56,097 bases of DNA from Welwitschia mirabilis (Eukaryota). The stretch lies in the NCBI GenBank assembly GCA_051453625.1, contig JBOZIK010000001.1, positions 41,883,798 to 41,939,894 of the forward strand, in the 5' to 3' direction. The notes below the pieces were generated by a model. That model was given only the letters and a program-made list of their open reading frames with translations. It was not told the origin of the DNA and searched no databases. A program made the translations under genes and the position numbers. Position 1 is the first letter of the stretch. Every line of letters starts with the position of its first letter. Shown one piece after another: positions 43,584 through 56,097 of the stretch.

Positions 43584-45447
43584 TGTGCGATGGACCTGCA
43601 ACTAAATTTCCTAGTTATAATAAGCATGTGTAGGTATCATATGATGAAGCTATTAGCAATAAGGAGATATCGCATAACGACAATAGATAGAACAAAATCA
43701 TCACACTATGATAGAGTACAGTGTCATAAGATATCATGTCGCACCAAATCAGCGATGATGTATTCTTGAAACCTCAAACTTTCAACACACAAGAAATCTA
43801 TCACTAGGTGATATCTCCATGACATCACCAAGCAACAAAAATAGCAGAAGATAACATTCCTAACCCATCCCCGATTGATAAGGATTAAAACAACCATGCT
43901 GTCATCCCATGATAGTTCTATGAGAAGGTTAAGTCAGAGTTATTTTGAGCAAGTTAGTCTACGCATCACATGATAAGAAGAATTTTAATAGACAGTGATG
44001 ACCTTGCGATAAAGATAAGAAGAAATATTTCATGTCTATTGCCCAAACAATTATTTGATAAGACCAAATTGTGTAAAAAAGTAAGAATTTATATTAAAGT
44101 TGATGTAAAGACAAGGATTCCTCATTCTATAATAAAATGTCTATCTCCCCATGTGGAATCCTTTGTCATATTGCCAAAATTCCATTTTAAACATTATAAA
44201 TAACCCCTTTTCATATTAAAAATAAGGTTGGTTGGATAAGAAGGAGAAACAGGATGTAAACTAGGCTTAGGCCAAACAATCGTAGTACATTTCACTTATA
44301 ATCGTCATTTTGAATGCAATAAAGTTTTGGTTTCTAGTCTTCTTAGCATAGTTTCAATTTTATTCCATGATAATTGACCCCTTCAAGGCTTCCTTGCTAA
44401 TACACTACTCATGTCACTGAAGTTAGGTTCTTTCATTTTATTATTTTCTTTTTATTTTATTGAATTGTTTGAATAGTTTAGTTTAGATTTTAATGCATCT
44501 GAGTTTGGATTACATCATAGTGCTAGTAGGAACCATTTGCTTGCCTTGCTATTTTGATCCCAATTCCTTTTTCAATTCCATTGGTTAGGAAGTTATAAGC
44601 AGTATAAGATTACCAATTGGTATAATGCATGATCCTATTCCCATACCCTACTGATTACTTCATTCTATGAAATGTGTCCCAAGAAGACCCATTTGCATGG
44701 ACAACATAGGACTAATAGGGTGATGGACTATCAAGAGTATAAAACAATGGTTGTTCATTTTCCTTCTTGTAGGTTTAACTATTGATTATTGTCTATGTAT
44801 TTTCAACTTTTCGTTTGTCATAATGACATTGTTAAACTTAGGAAAAGTATTTAGCAATAGATATTATCCAATCCTAGCTTCTGTTATCTAAGGTTGACAT
44901 TTAAAGATTTCATGGATATGACGATATAGGTTGTAGTTAGTCTAGATAATTAAAACTTCCCTTATCTGTTTGGTGTCATTGCTAGGGAAGCATAAAAAAC
45001 TTCTAATCTTAGAATAGGTTGGGGAGTTAAAACTCTTGAATAAAACTTTTCTTTTTATGCACATTTGTGCTTGCCAGTAGCACTATTTTCTTGAAGATCG
45101 ATTGTTATAATAGCCATCTCGTTTTCCGAATTAATAGATTCATTTTTACTATTGTGATTTTCTTTTCTAAAATTTACTTTTCTACCTTTACATTTATGTG
45201 CTTTTCCTTCTTGTAATTTTGTTTTTTTGAATTTACATTTATTGAATTTTGTATCCTTTCTTTAATTTATTTCTATTGCACTTCATCTCAGCATAGTTAA
45301 TTTTGTATTGCATAGTGATAGTGTCTGAGGTATCTTATCATAGTACTCTTAAATTATTTATTCCTTAGTGATATATTGAATTCTACGTTATCACTTATCT
45401 ATTGCATTATAGAGTAATATTGATTACCGAGTGATAGAACTATCACA
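43584..45447 (+). mobile_element. Candidate long LTR upstream of the Athila-like internal region
   Basis: TG...CA ends (TGTGCGATGG...GAACTATCACA), recurrent TATCAC/GTGATA motifs, TATAAATA at 44196; no partner LTR, TSD or clear PBS seen. Confidence 0.4.
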
Positions 45448-46799
45448 AACCAACAATAGAATAAATGAGAAAAATTCATCACTCAGAGGCATTTTAATTG
45501 ATCAAAAGGAAAGCAGGAGGATATTAAATTCGAGTGCTTCATCGAACGGTAAGCCTAGGTAAGTACCTCAGACCTTTTTTTTAATGCCTATTCAAATAAA
45601 AGTGCATTCCTAAAAAATATTAAAACTAGAATATTTCAATTTTAAAATAATTTATTTCCTTGAAGAAATTTTCAATTATTTAAAAAGTTCTGAAGTTATT
45701 ATCTTTTCAATTTATTAGTATAATTAGAAGCATGTTGAAAATTATATGAAAACAAAAACTTCATCTAGAATGCTTAAGCAAACGTAATAATCAACAATCT
45801 AAATGAATTAGGAACTTGTCGTCTTCTAAGTATTTGAAACGTATCACCATCAACCTTGTATAGAATGGTTCTAATCCTCTACGTCTAGGTGAAATAATGA
45901 GACCTACCACTTCAAAGACTTCATTACAAACTATGAGCACATGAGAATCTAAAATTCAACCACACCTTTTGAGTATGATCCAATAAGTGTATTTGATTAA
46001 TTATATAAATAGAACCTTGACCTCATTACAAACCCACAAATTTTGCAAGAAGTACTTTCCTTTATATTAAACTTAGAAGAAACAACCACAGAGACACAAA
46101 CATCTATGTTACCACACTTGCATACAACTAGAATAAGGATGAGATTATGGAGTAGAGGTACCACTTGGAAGGAGCAAAGGAATAGAGTTGACAACAAATC
46201 CGACAAGAAATAGAAAGAGAAAAGATGACCATAGAGGAAGCATCACAAAGTGATAGCCCTACAATCACATGGCAACCTCACACCTTTGTAGTTAACTAGG
46301 TTAAAGAAATTAAAAACACGTTTGTTAGACTATCCAATTAGGAAAATAACTCCATATCAACTAGGCAAAAAAAACCATGGATACATAATAGTAAACATCA
46401 CCACTATATGTGAAACTACTTATGCCTTTTCTTGAACCATGAACTCTACTTTTCCATTTCAACTAATAAGGCCACTAACAGTAGCAATTAATCTAATGTA
46501 TACAACAAATTAAGGGAAACTTGCAATACGAACATACACAAACTCTATGGTAGGTGTCACCCCAACTCAACCAACATCTTGCTGGAACCATGTAAAGCTA
46601 ACTACATACCCTGGAGGACTTCCATCTAACTAAGGAATATAATTTAGCTTTACAACACCATCCAATACCCTTCTTACAAATCATGGATGATTTGGAAATT
46701 TTGGAAATATACCAAACTTAGGAAATCCAATCCAAACTGGATCTACACTAAAGGAGTTAAATTTTTAATGAGGGCAAATTTATTAGAAATCCTTAGTGT

Positions 46800-49700
46800 T
46801 ATCTTCTGGACCAAACATTAAAGTGAGAAATTTACAACTTCTACCTACTTTCCATGGAACTAATGGAGAAGACTCCATGATACATTTAATTAAGTTTGAA
46901 AACATGACCTACGGCTACTAACAAAACTAAGATGATAGCTTTTAGGACCACCCTGAAAAACAAAGCAAACTTCTGATTATAAACTATACAAAATCCTATC
47001 CAAACTTGGAACGAATTCAAAAACAATTTTATGAGAAAATTTCTTTCAAATGATAAGCTATACAATTAAGGAAATAACTTAGGAGTTTTTAACCTAAAAA
47101 AGAGGAGGATTTTACATAGGCTTATGAGCAATTTTGTATATTACATCAACATAACCCACATCATGATTTTCCCTCTCATCAATTCTCTAGATTTTTATTG
47201 AAGGATTAGAAAGGTACATTCAACAACACATAGATTTTATGATAGAAGGAAATATTTTCAACAAAACACTAGAATAGGCCTTTAGGATTTTAGAAGAGTT
47301 AGTTGATCAGAGTAAGCACTGACCCATTAGATTGAAACAAGCTATAATGGCCCCAGAGCAAGTAATAATGATTACGAAGATGGAAGAGATGACACAGGCC
47401 CTAACAAATCTCATAATGAACCCACAACCATTACAACTAGCACCATAATCAACTATTGTATTTGTTTAACCAACACCACAACCAATTAGTAGTCCATCAC
47501 AATTACAATTCTAAGTTAAGACAAGTACATATAGCATAGGAAACATAGAAATGTGTCTACTTAAGGAGCATCCAGGAAATTAGGCTCAACCTTTGAGAGC
47601 ATGACAATACCTACCTGACTCTGTGAAAGATATGGCTATTGCCTTCCAAGGCAACATTCCTTCCTCATGCCACATGACGACTTTCCATAATAATCCAACA
47701 AACTCCCCAAGAATCCCATGAGGAGGAAATCAAAAAATTCAATCAAGACCAACCATAATACTTATAAATCTTAGAACCCTAGTATAGATCTTATTAGGGA
47801 AATAAGGAAATTTCGGTTTAGGCAATATTACCAATAGTAGACTATGACTCAAGATGTTAAACAACAAATTAATATAATAAATGAGAAATTAAGAAACATG
47901 GTATGTGTGCTCATGGATCTAACACAAAAATAGCAGCCAGGGTGACAATTGCAAGGAGAACCAAACCCTACCAATAAAATACATGAGTGAGCAAGGTTAG
48001 TCACCATTAGAAGTAAAACGAAATTAGAAAAACCAAGGCCTTCATGACCCCAAAGGAAGAGAAATAAGACATCAAAAGATAAATTAGTAAAACAAAAGAG
48101 CAAGAAGAAGGAACTAAAACCAATAGAACTAAAAAAATTAGAGAGCCCTTCTTCTCCTTTTTAATTGAGCCAAGTGAGAAACCAACTAATGAATCTCCTT
48201 TTCCAAAAGGGTTAAAAGAGGATCTGATAGAGGATAACAAGATGAACCAACTATTTGAATAATTGGAATTGGTAATACCCTTAAGTTAAGCTATTAAAGA
48301 TACACCTCTTTATTCCAAATACCTTTGGGACCTATGTTTAAAAAGGAAGAGAAAGTTTATATCAAAATAAGTTTGTTTAGTAAAAAAACATTACTCAAAT
48401 GATGTGAAAAGAGATTCCTCCCAAATATAAGGACCTTGGATTACTAATAATTCCCATAATCATCAACAAGAAAAAGGTACCTCATGTGTTATTAAATATA
48501 AGAGCAAGTGTTAATATCCTAGCATTCTACTTATGTAAAACTTTGGAACTAACAAAGTGCTTTGAAACTAAAATGATCTTATTGTTGGCTGATAGATTTA
48601 TCACTAGCCCAAAGGAAATTATTAGAAATATCCTAGTACAAGTTGAACAAGGAATATATCTAATAGATTTTATCATTCTAGACATCACAAAGGGAATTTT
48701 TCCAATCATACCAAGGAGATCTTAGTTAGTCACAGAGGATGCAATAATTTATTGCTAAATAAGATTAGTATAACTAATGTTTTCCAACCTAAAAAATATA
48801 AATATCTTTAGCCCACTAGAATGACAACAAGATGGACAACCTAGGGAAGAGTCTAGTTTCATTGACATCACTGCTAAGGCTTTGTTAGTAGATGATCCTT
48901 TTCAATTAGTAATGAAAAACAAGCATGTAAACTCCTTAAGTCAAATAATCAATTAACTAATGTTGAATGAATTAAAGAAAATGGATAAGAAATTCAAAGC
49001 GATGAAACCTTAGGACTCAAGGAGTTTTCCTCCATACTAAAATAAGTCTTTCTTGATAAGAAGAAAACCAAACTCTTGGTTATTATAGTAAACTAAAACC
49101 TAGGCAAGAAAAGTAGTTAATGCATATGCTAAAACAAAATGAAGGGGCATTTTCTTAGACATATAAATATTTTCTAAAAGTAGTTCCACCGTTCCTTGTC
49201 ATGCACAAAATCTATTTAGAAGAAAACATGAAACTAGTTAGGCAACCTCCTTGATGTTTAAATCCTACATTATGAAAAATGATCAAGGAAGAAATTTATG
49301 AAAGGAAGGCATTATTTACCTCATATAAGAAAGTGAATGGACAGGTCCCATTATAATAGTACCAAAGAAAAATGGCAAGTGAAGAGTGTGTATTGACTTT
49401 TGGAAACTAAATGAGTATACTAAAAAGGACCACTTCCCTGTCCCTTATGTTAACCAAATATTGGAAAAAATATTAAGTTGAGAATATTATTGCTTTTTAA
49501 ACATGCTCAATGAATACAACCAAATCATTATAGCTCATGAGGATCAACATAGAACTAACTTCACTTCATTGTTTGGTAATTTTGCTTATTGACAAATGTC
49601 TTTTGAACTATGTAATCCCCCTACCACTTTTTAGAGAGTGAGGATGTCATTTTTTTAAAGATATGTTGGAAGACTTTCTTGAAATCTTTATGGACGATTT

Positions 49701-51870
49701 TGCAGTGTAAGGTGATTTCTTTGATTAGATCTTAGAGTACCTCTCCAAACTCTTATCATGATGCATTGAAAAAGACTTAAAATTAAGTTAGGAAGACAAC
49801 CACTTCATGATTACAATTGGAGTTGTATTAAAACACATTATCTCATGAAATGACATAATAATGGATCCCAAGAAAATTCAAGTTATCACTACCTTGTCAA
49901 CTCTAACTTACTTAAAAACCTTAAGAGAATTCTTAGTGCATACAAGTTATTATTAATAATTTATCAAGGATTTTTCTAGCATTGCAAAGAACTTGTACAA
50001 ATTGCTAGAAAAAGATAAGCCCTTTATTTGGAGTGAACCATATGAAAAAGCCTTCAAACTGTTAAAAGGGAAAGTCATCAGTGCGCTTATCCTTAGCATG
50101 CTAAATTATCAATACTCGTTTGAATTGATGTGCGATGCAAGTAATACTACCATTGGTGCAGTTCTAGGATAGTACATTGATCATAAACTTCACGTCATCT
50201 ACTACATTTTAAAAGACTTCAATGCAACTGAATGCAATTACACAACTATTGAAAAGAAATTGTTAGCCATCATTACCACACTAGATGAATTCCAAGATTA
50301 CCTTATTGGATTTAAGACCTGTGTATATGGACCATTTTGCTATTAAGTTCCTAGTTATAAAATAGATTGATAATATGTGAATTACGCATTGGTATTTACT
50401 TATGTAAGAATTTGACCTAAACATTAGATAAGTAAGGAAGAGGTAATGTAGGAGTTGAACATCTCTTATGCTTAGAACTACCCCCATGAAACCAAACCAA
50501 GGCATCCTTAATGATGGATTTCTAGATAAAAACCTGCTAATGGTGAATGTTAATCCTCAACATCAAGACTCATGGTATGTTGACATAGGCAACTATCTAT
50601 CTATCCTTTGAGTTCCATGCACTTGTTCCAATAATGGAAAATAACTATTCATGAAGAAAATTAAAAATTATATTTGATAGAACCCATTCTTATATCGAAT
50701 AGGAAAAGATGAAATAGCCGGATGATGTATTCGAGAATGGAAACAACCAGAAATCCTATAAATGTGTCATAACAGTAGCCATGAGGGATATTTCAATTGG
50801 GACAAGACGACTCATAAGATCTTAAGAAGTGGGTTCTATTGGCATACTTTATTCTAAGAGTCTTGGGACTATGTCTCTAAATGTAACCATTGTTAGCAAA
50901 TTAGAGGTTTAATAAAAAGAGGCAAAATGCCAATAAACCCTATTCTAGAATGTGAACTATTCGACATATGGGAATTGATTTTATCAAACTATTTCTAAAA
51001 TTGAATGAATATCAATACATAATCATCTATGTCAATTATATTACCAAATGGGTAGAGACCAAAGAAACAAAAACAAATGATGTGAAACAGTGGTTGATTT
51101 CCTTAAGAAACATGTCTTACAATGGTTTGGGCACCTAAGAGCATTGATTAGCAATTAAGAAATGCATTTTATCAATTAAACCATGAAGAAGTTGATGAAA
51201 TTAGTAGGGATTATAAATAAGGTAGATTCTACAAATTATCCTCAAACCACTGGATAGGTAGAGAATGTCAATCGAGAAATTAAGAATATTTTGGGTAAAA
51301 CTGTAAATGTCAATCGAGAAATTAAGAATATTTTGGGTAAAATTGTAAACTCCAACAAAGATTGGTGTAGGAAACTTAAGAATGCATCATGGACCTACAT
51401 AAGTAGATGGAGAAATTCTTTGGGATACACTCCATCCCTATTAGTTTATGGGAAAAAATGCCTACTATCCATTGAGATCCAATATGAATCTTGGAAGCTA
51501 CTTCAAAAATTAAATCTTAAGAATACTAAAAACATTGAAAAATGAGTACTCCAGCTTGAACAATTAGATAAGATGTAATTTAATGCAGCAAACAAATAAT
51601 GACTTCTGAGAAAACAAACAAAGTATGACTATTATAAAAGGATTAAAAGAAAAATATTTAACCTAGGAGAGAAGGTTCAACTATACAATATAAGATTACA
51701 CAAGTTCCCTAGTAATTTGGTTACCAAATAGGAAGGGCCCTTTAAAAAAGTGAAATTGAATTGGAATGCTAGTGTACAAATCAAAAATCTAAAAGAAGAT
51801 AATCAGTTCACAGTAAATAGTCAATATTTAAAGTTATATCATGAGAGCAAGCCGGAATCCATAAGTACTA
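46800..51870 (+). mobile_element. Athila-like Ty3/gypsy gag-pol pseudogene (gag, protease, RT, RNase H, integrase), heavily decayed
   Basis: gag LPTFHGTNGEDS..HL..F; protease LLNIRASVNIL...LLLADR....PK.II.NILVQV...IDFIILDI; RT VPKKNG..RVCIDF.KLN..TKKDHFP.P and LEIFMDDF.V; RNase H FELMCDAS...IGAVLG and NYTTIEKKLLA; integrase PWYVDI.NYL, H...H.G.F...KT.HKILRSGFYW, ELFDIWG, YPQTTG.VE.VNREIK.IL.K. Confidence 0.93.
51264..51347. repeat. In-frame 42-bp tandem duplication in the integrase relic
   Basis: AATGTCAATCGAGAAATTAAGAATATTTTGGGTAAAA(C/T)TGTA x2, 1 mismatch. Confidence 0.97.
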
Positions 51871-53854
51871 TACTTGAATAACCATTTGAAACAAAGAGAA
51901 AAACCACCATTTTTTATCCCATTAATTATCCATCATTGACTATTATCTAACAAGCTACTCCCCACTACCTTAACATCCATCCATTTATCTAATTTTCCCA
52001 CTTCTATGTGGGAAAGCTATTTTATTATCTTTTATTTGCATTAAGTTTCTAATGTGCATTAGGATCACTTAGGAATCACAAAATGTATTGATTTATGAAG
52101 GAATAACTATTCTTTCAACTATGATCTTATGTTTGAGGCCTCCCATCCTTGAGAGTGTAACTTCAACGAATAGTATTCCATAATCATTTCTTTCAATCTT
52201 AATAAACTAATGTTGTATAGGAAGATCTAGTTATAAAATAAAATAAAAAATTAAAAAAGGGANNNNNNNNNNCAATATAATGATTTTTCTTTTTTTATAC
52301 CAAGTTCAGATGGTCAACACTATGGAAGTAACTTGTTAGGATCATTGCACTCATGAGTAATGACATACATCTACTGGTTGCTTGTTGATTCTATACATAC
52401 TAGTCATCTTGATAGTAAGTAGAAGGTCACTGGACAACTTAATAGTTTCATGACACGATGTAGAGTAACGCCTTCTATCATTTCACCATTCCACCTTTGC
52501 CATCCTTATTGAGGAATTCCTTAGGATTCTAATCTAGGCTATCTATTATCCATAATAATCATAACTGACCATTTATCATCGAATTGATAGAGTTTTAAAA
52601 AGAGGGACTATAAGTTAAAAATCTAATCTAGGTTAACTTTTCAAGGTTGCGGAAAATAGGTCCTAGCACATATTATAATTGTGGGTTCAAGTCTAAATAA
52701 CCCTCAAGAGAAGGACAACTCGTTCTTATGTGATGAATATAAGGTTTAAACCCAAAATCCAAGATAGGGTGAGCCTATTTGAATAAAAGAGTAAGTTCCA
52801 ATTTCAATAAATTCTATATAGTTTTAATAAGTCCCCTATCTTTGTGTTATTGATGGAAGTAAATAGAAAACAATCAAATATACTTAACAAAAATTGTGTA
52901 TGCCTTTTTACTTTCCACTAGAACTTTCTACCAGTGCTTTTGCTTATGAAAGTGTAACACTTACGCTTTTGATGACCACTTATATCCTTGAACTAAGTGA
53001 CAATATGATGTAAATTCTCTTAAACTTTTTATTCAAGGAGGTCAGGATCTCCATCCTAGCAAGCATTTGGCAACATTAGAGACAATTCCTTAGAGACCGA
53101 AGTGGAGTTGCAGATGAAAGTTTTAGCACACTGAAGTATAGATATGACAAAACTCTCCCTCGAGAGCACTATTTTGTCGATATGTATCGCTATAAGAAAT
53201 GATCATGTCATCAACCTTAGTATCATGCATGCTACCAGTCACCTAGATTCAAGAAACAAAATAGGGAGAGTATGTAAACATTAAGGAGCACTACCCTTTC
53301 TAATTTAATACATAGATTGAGTGTGATTTAATAAATTAGAAAGGGGAAAAACTACAACATAGTACTATCACATGGCTATTGCTAAGCGAGAGCACTACAA
53401 TAAAACCATGAAAATTTTTGGCCAAAGCTTAGTTATGAAAAATACAAAAACATTAGAAAAGACAAATAAAAATCCATTACAATCCTATCACTAGACGATG
53501 ATTCTATGATAAAAAAATTTAATAAACTTAGTTATGGGAGAATAAATGAGCAACTACAGTAATAAACAAAGGAGCCTATTGCAATCCATTGCTATGTAAC
53601 TATTGCAAACCACCAAAAATTTATCTTTTGTCCCAATCTCATCACCCACTATCATGGGTTGTGATAAGGATCAACTGTGAAATGGATTGCTATTACAGGG
53701 CATTAGAGGTCATCACCCTATACTAGCTGAAGAATCTATGTGGAACAAATCACCTAGCTATCGCAAAGAGCATTGCTCTATGATGGCTAAAACAATAGCC
53801 CCTAAAATGCCTTATTGCAAGTCCATTGCACTATGATAGCAAGGGTAGCGTTAC

Positions 53855-54475
53855 NNNNNNNNNNNNNNNNNNNNNNNNNNNNNNNNNNNNNNNNNNNNNN
53901 NNNNNNNNNNNNNNNNNNNNNNNNNNNNNNNNNNNNNNNNNNNNNNNNNNNNNNNNNNNNNNNNNNNNNNNNNNNNNNNNNNNNNNNNNNNNNNNNNNNN
54001 NNNNNNNNNNNNNNNNNNNNNNNNNNNNNNNNNNNNNNNNNNNNNNNNNNNNNNNNNNNNNNNNNNNNNNNNNNNNNNNNNNNNNNNNNNNNNNNNNNNN
54101 NNNNNNNNNNNNNNNNNNNNNNNNNNNNNNNNNNNNNNNNNNNNNNNNNNNNNNNNNNNNNNNNNNNNNNNNNNNNNNNNNNNNNNNNNNNNNNNNNNNN
54201 NNNNNNNNNNNNNNNNNNNNNNNNNNNNNNNNNNNNNNNNNNNNNNNNNNNNNNNNNNNNNNNNNNNNNNNNNNNNNNNNNNNNNNNNNNNNNNNNNNNN
54301 NNNNNNNNNNNNNNNNNNNNNNNNNNNNNNNNNNNNNNNNNNNNNNNNNNNNNNNNNNNNNNNNNNNNNNNNNNNNNNNNNNNNNNNNNNNNNNNNNNNN
54401 NNNNNNNNNNNNNNNNNNNNNNNNNNNNNNNNNNNNNNNNNNNNNNNNNNNNNNNNNNNNNNNNNNNNNNNNNNN
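53855..54475. other. Assembly gap (other gaps: 10978-11019, 11418-11517, 34438-34495, 52263-52272)
   Basis: N runs. Confidence 0.99.
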
Positions 54476-55164
54476 TTATGTGATAAATTAATATCATATT
54501 TTCTAATTTGCATAAATTGTTCATATAAAAATAAAGAAGGATGAGAAAATGAAATACTTAAACTATGGACTTAAAAGTTTTAAAATAACTATATAAAGCA
54601 AAGCCTTTAGGTGCGAAATTAAGTAAAAATAAAAGATTTGATTTTATCTCTTCTTTTCTTTTTTTTAAAGCAAATTGAAGCCTAATATTTTCTTTTAAAT
54701 CTCTTGTCCTAACAAATTATGGAAAGAATACTATTTTCCAAGATAGGATCAATTTTATCCTAAGATTTAGAAATTAAAAATCAAATCTTTTTTTAATAAA
54801 TGGGTTTAAAAGATAACATAATAGAAGAAATAAAAAAAGTTCATGAGTTATAGGAAATGGCCAGAAGAATAAAGGCGAGAGAAAGCAGAAAATAATCTTT
54901 GAAATGAAATTTCTCAAATGTGAAACCTTGATAATAACAATGAAGAACATGACAACATATTTGAACAACGATGACACTGAACAAATTGATCAGATAAACG
55001 ATCATTTGTTCTCATGAAAAAACAAAAAAATGATAATGCATTAAATTGATCTTCGGAAATCTTAGCAAGATATATCTCTATTTGTAGGAGCATTACAAAC
55101 TCCAAATCTGAGGAATAAAACAAAAGATTTATTTGAACATAAAAAGGAAAATGAAGATGAAACC

Positions 55165-56097
55165 TGTAGAAGTTATATTATAGTTTGTCATCTCCTTTCC
55201 GAGGTGCTCTGCTTACTCTGGTCTCTGTCCTTGGGTGCCGTTTCTCCTCCTCCTTACTGCTCTTTCTATCGACTGTTTATGTTTGGTTATGACGTTTCTA
55301 CAGTCTTTTTAAAGCCGATGTTATCATCTGAGCAAATGCCGCTCTTCCCCTCTTCTTGGCTGCGTTTCACGTCTCTTCTTTTTATGTAGGCTTTTGTTTT
55401 GTGTTTTCTGCGGTGGCCCATTTTGGTTGTAATTAGATTCTCCTGGCATTTTTTTTTTGGTTTTCCTCTTCTCTCTGTTTAATGCTGCTGTCTCTTTTGT
55501 TTCCTCCTGTCTAGCTAGAAACAAATGGCGAACACCCCTTTTAGCATCCTTTTCTTTCTTCAGTCGTCCTATCTTTCTTCAGTCGCCCTTCCCTTATGTC
55601 TCAACACAAACTCTCGTCCACTTCAAACAAATCAACTCCGATCCTACAAACGGAGAGTAACGAAAATGGAACTAGTGCAACATGTCAATGTGATATGTTT
55701 CTGCTATGAGTCCAAGGCCTTACTTGGAAGTGGCTCCTCCGCCTGAAAACGGACTCCGCTATGTCCTGGGCATCTTGTCAATGTATTGGATGAGAAGACA
55801 CAAAATTCTTAAAGTCACACTTCAAGCGAGACGACAACTAATAAAAGAAGGTGCGTGCCAGAAGTAACTGTGACGTCTTGAATGTCAGAGAATGATTCAA
55901 ATTTGACAGCTGTTCTATCAGCTCTTTGACCAAGTCGCCTTTATTTTCTATTTTCTGTTTTTAGATCGTGTCTATGTTAGTGCCAATAATTTCTGCTTTT
56001 ATTTAGTCTGTTATTTTGTAAAGCCTATTTAAAGGCATGCTCAACACTTCAATAATCAATGGAAATACAAAGTAATTTTCAGATTACAAGTCTTCTT
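55165..56097 (+). mobile_element. Probable LTR (U3/R part) of a younger retrotransposon, cut by the window end
   Basis: Starts TGTAGAAG; abrupt rise in GC and CpG; TATA-like GCCTATTTAAAGGC at ~56023. Confidence 0.45.

Noticed and set aside
53802..54524. 220-240-aa ORFs
   Set aside because: Artefacts of the N run

Overview
Plant nuclear genomic DNA from a repeat-rich, AT-rich draft assembly with five N gaps. The only intact host gene found is the 3' part (8 exons, 550 codons, + strand, 20472-33282) of a WSS1B-like WLM zinc metalloprotease with a C-terminal PUB domain. It has a GC-AG intron and a 10.5-kb last intron. Its expected 5' exons were not found, so bases 1-20471 are probably one intron of more than 20 kb. 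The rest is layered, decayed transposable elements. These include a structurally complete Tork/Tnt1-like copia element (455-bp LTRs, PBS, PPT, near-TSD, doubled 3' end), CRM-like and Athila-like gypsy relics, and a Sirevirus-like fragment with an env-like ORF relic. There are also a tRNA-derived SINE with a 17-bp TSD, an L1 LINE relic, a Mutator-like transposase relic bracketed by direct repeats, and hAT-type elements. No prokaryotic-type system (CRISPR etc.) and no clearly novel biological system is supported; the notable points are structural. Family assignments come from recognised motifs by eye, not database searches.
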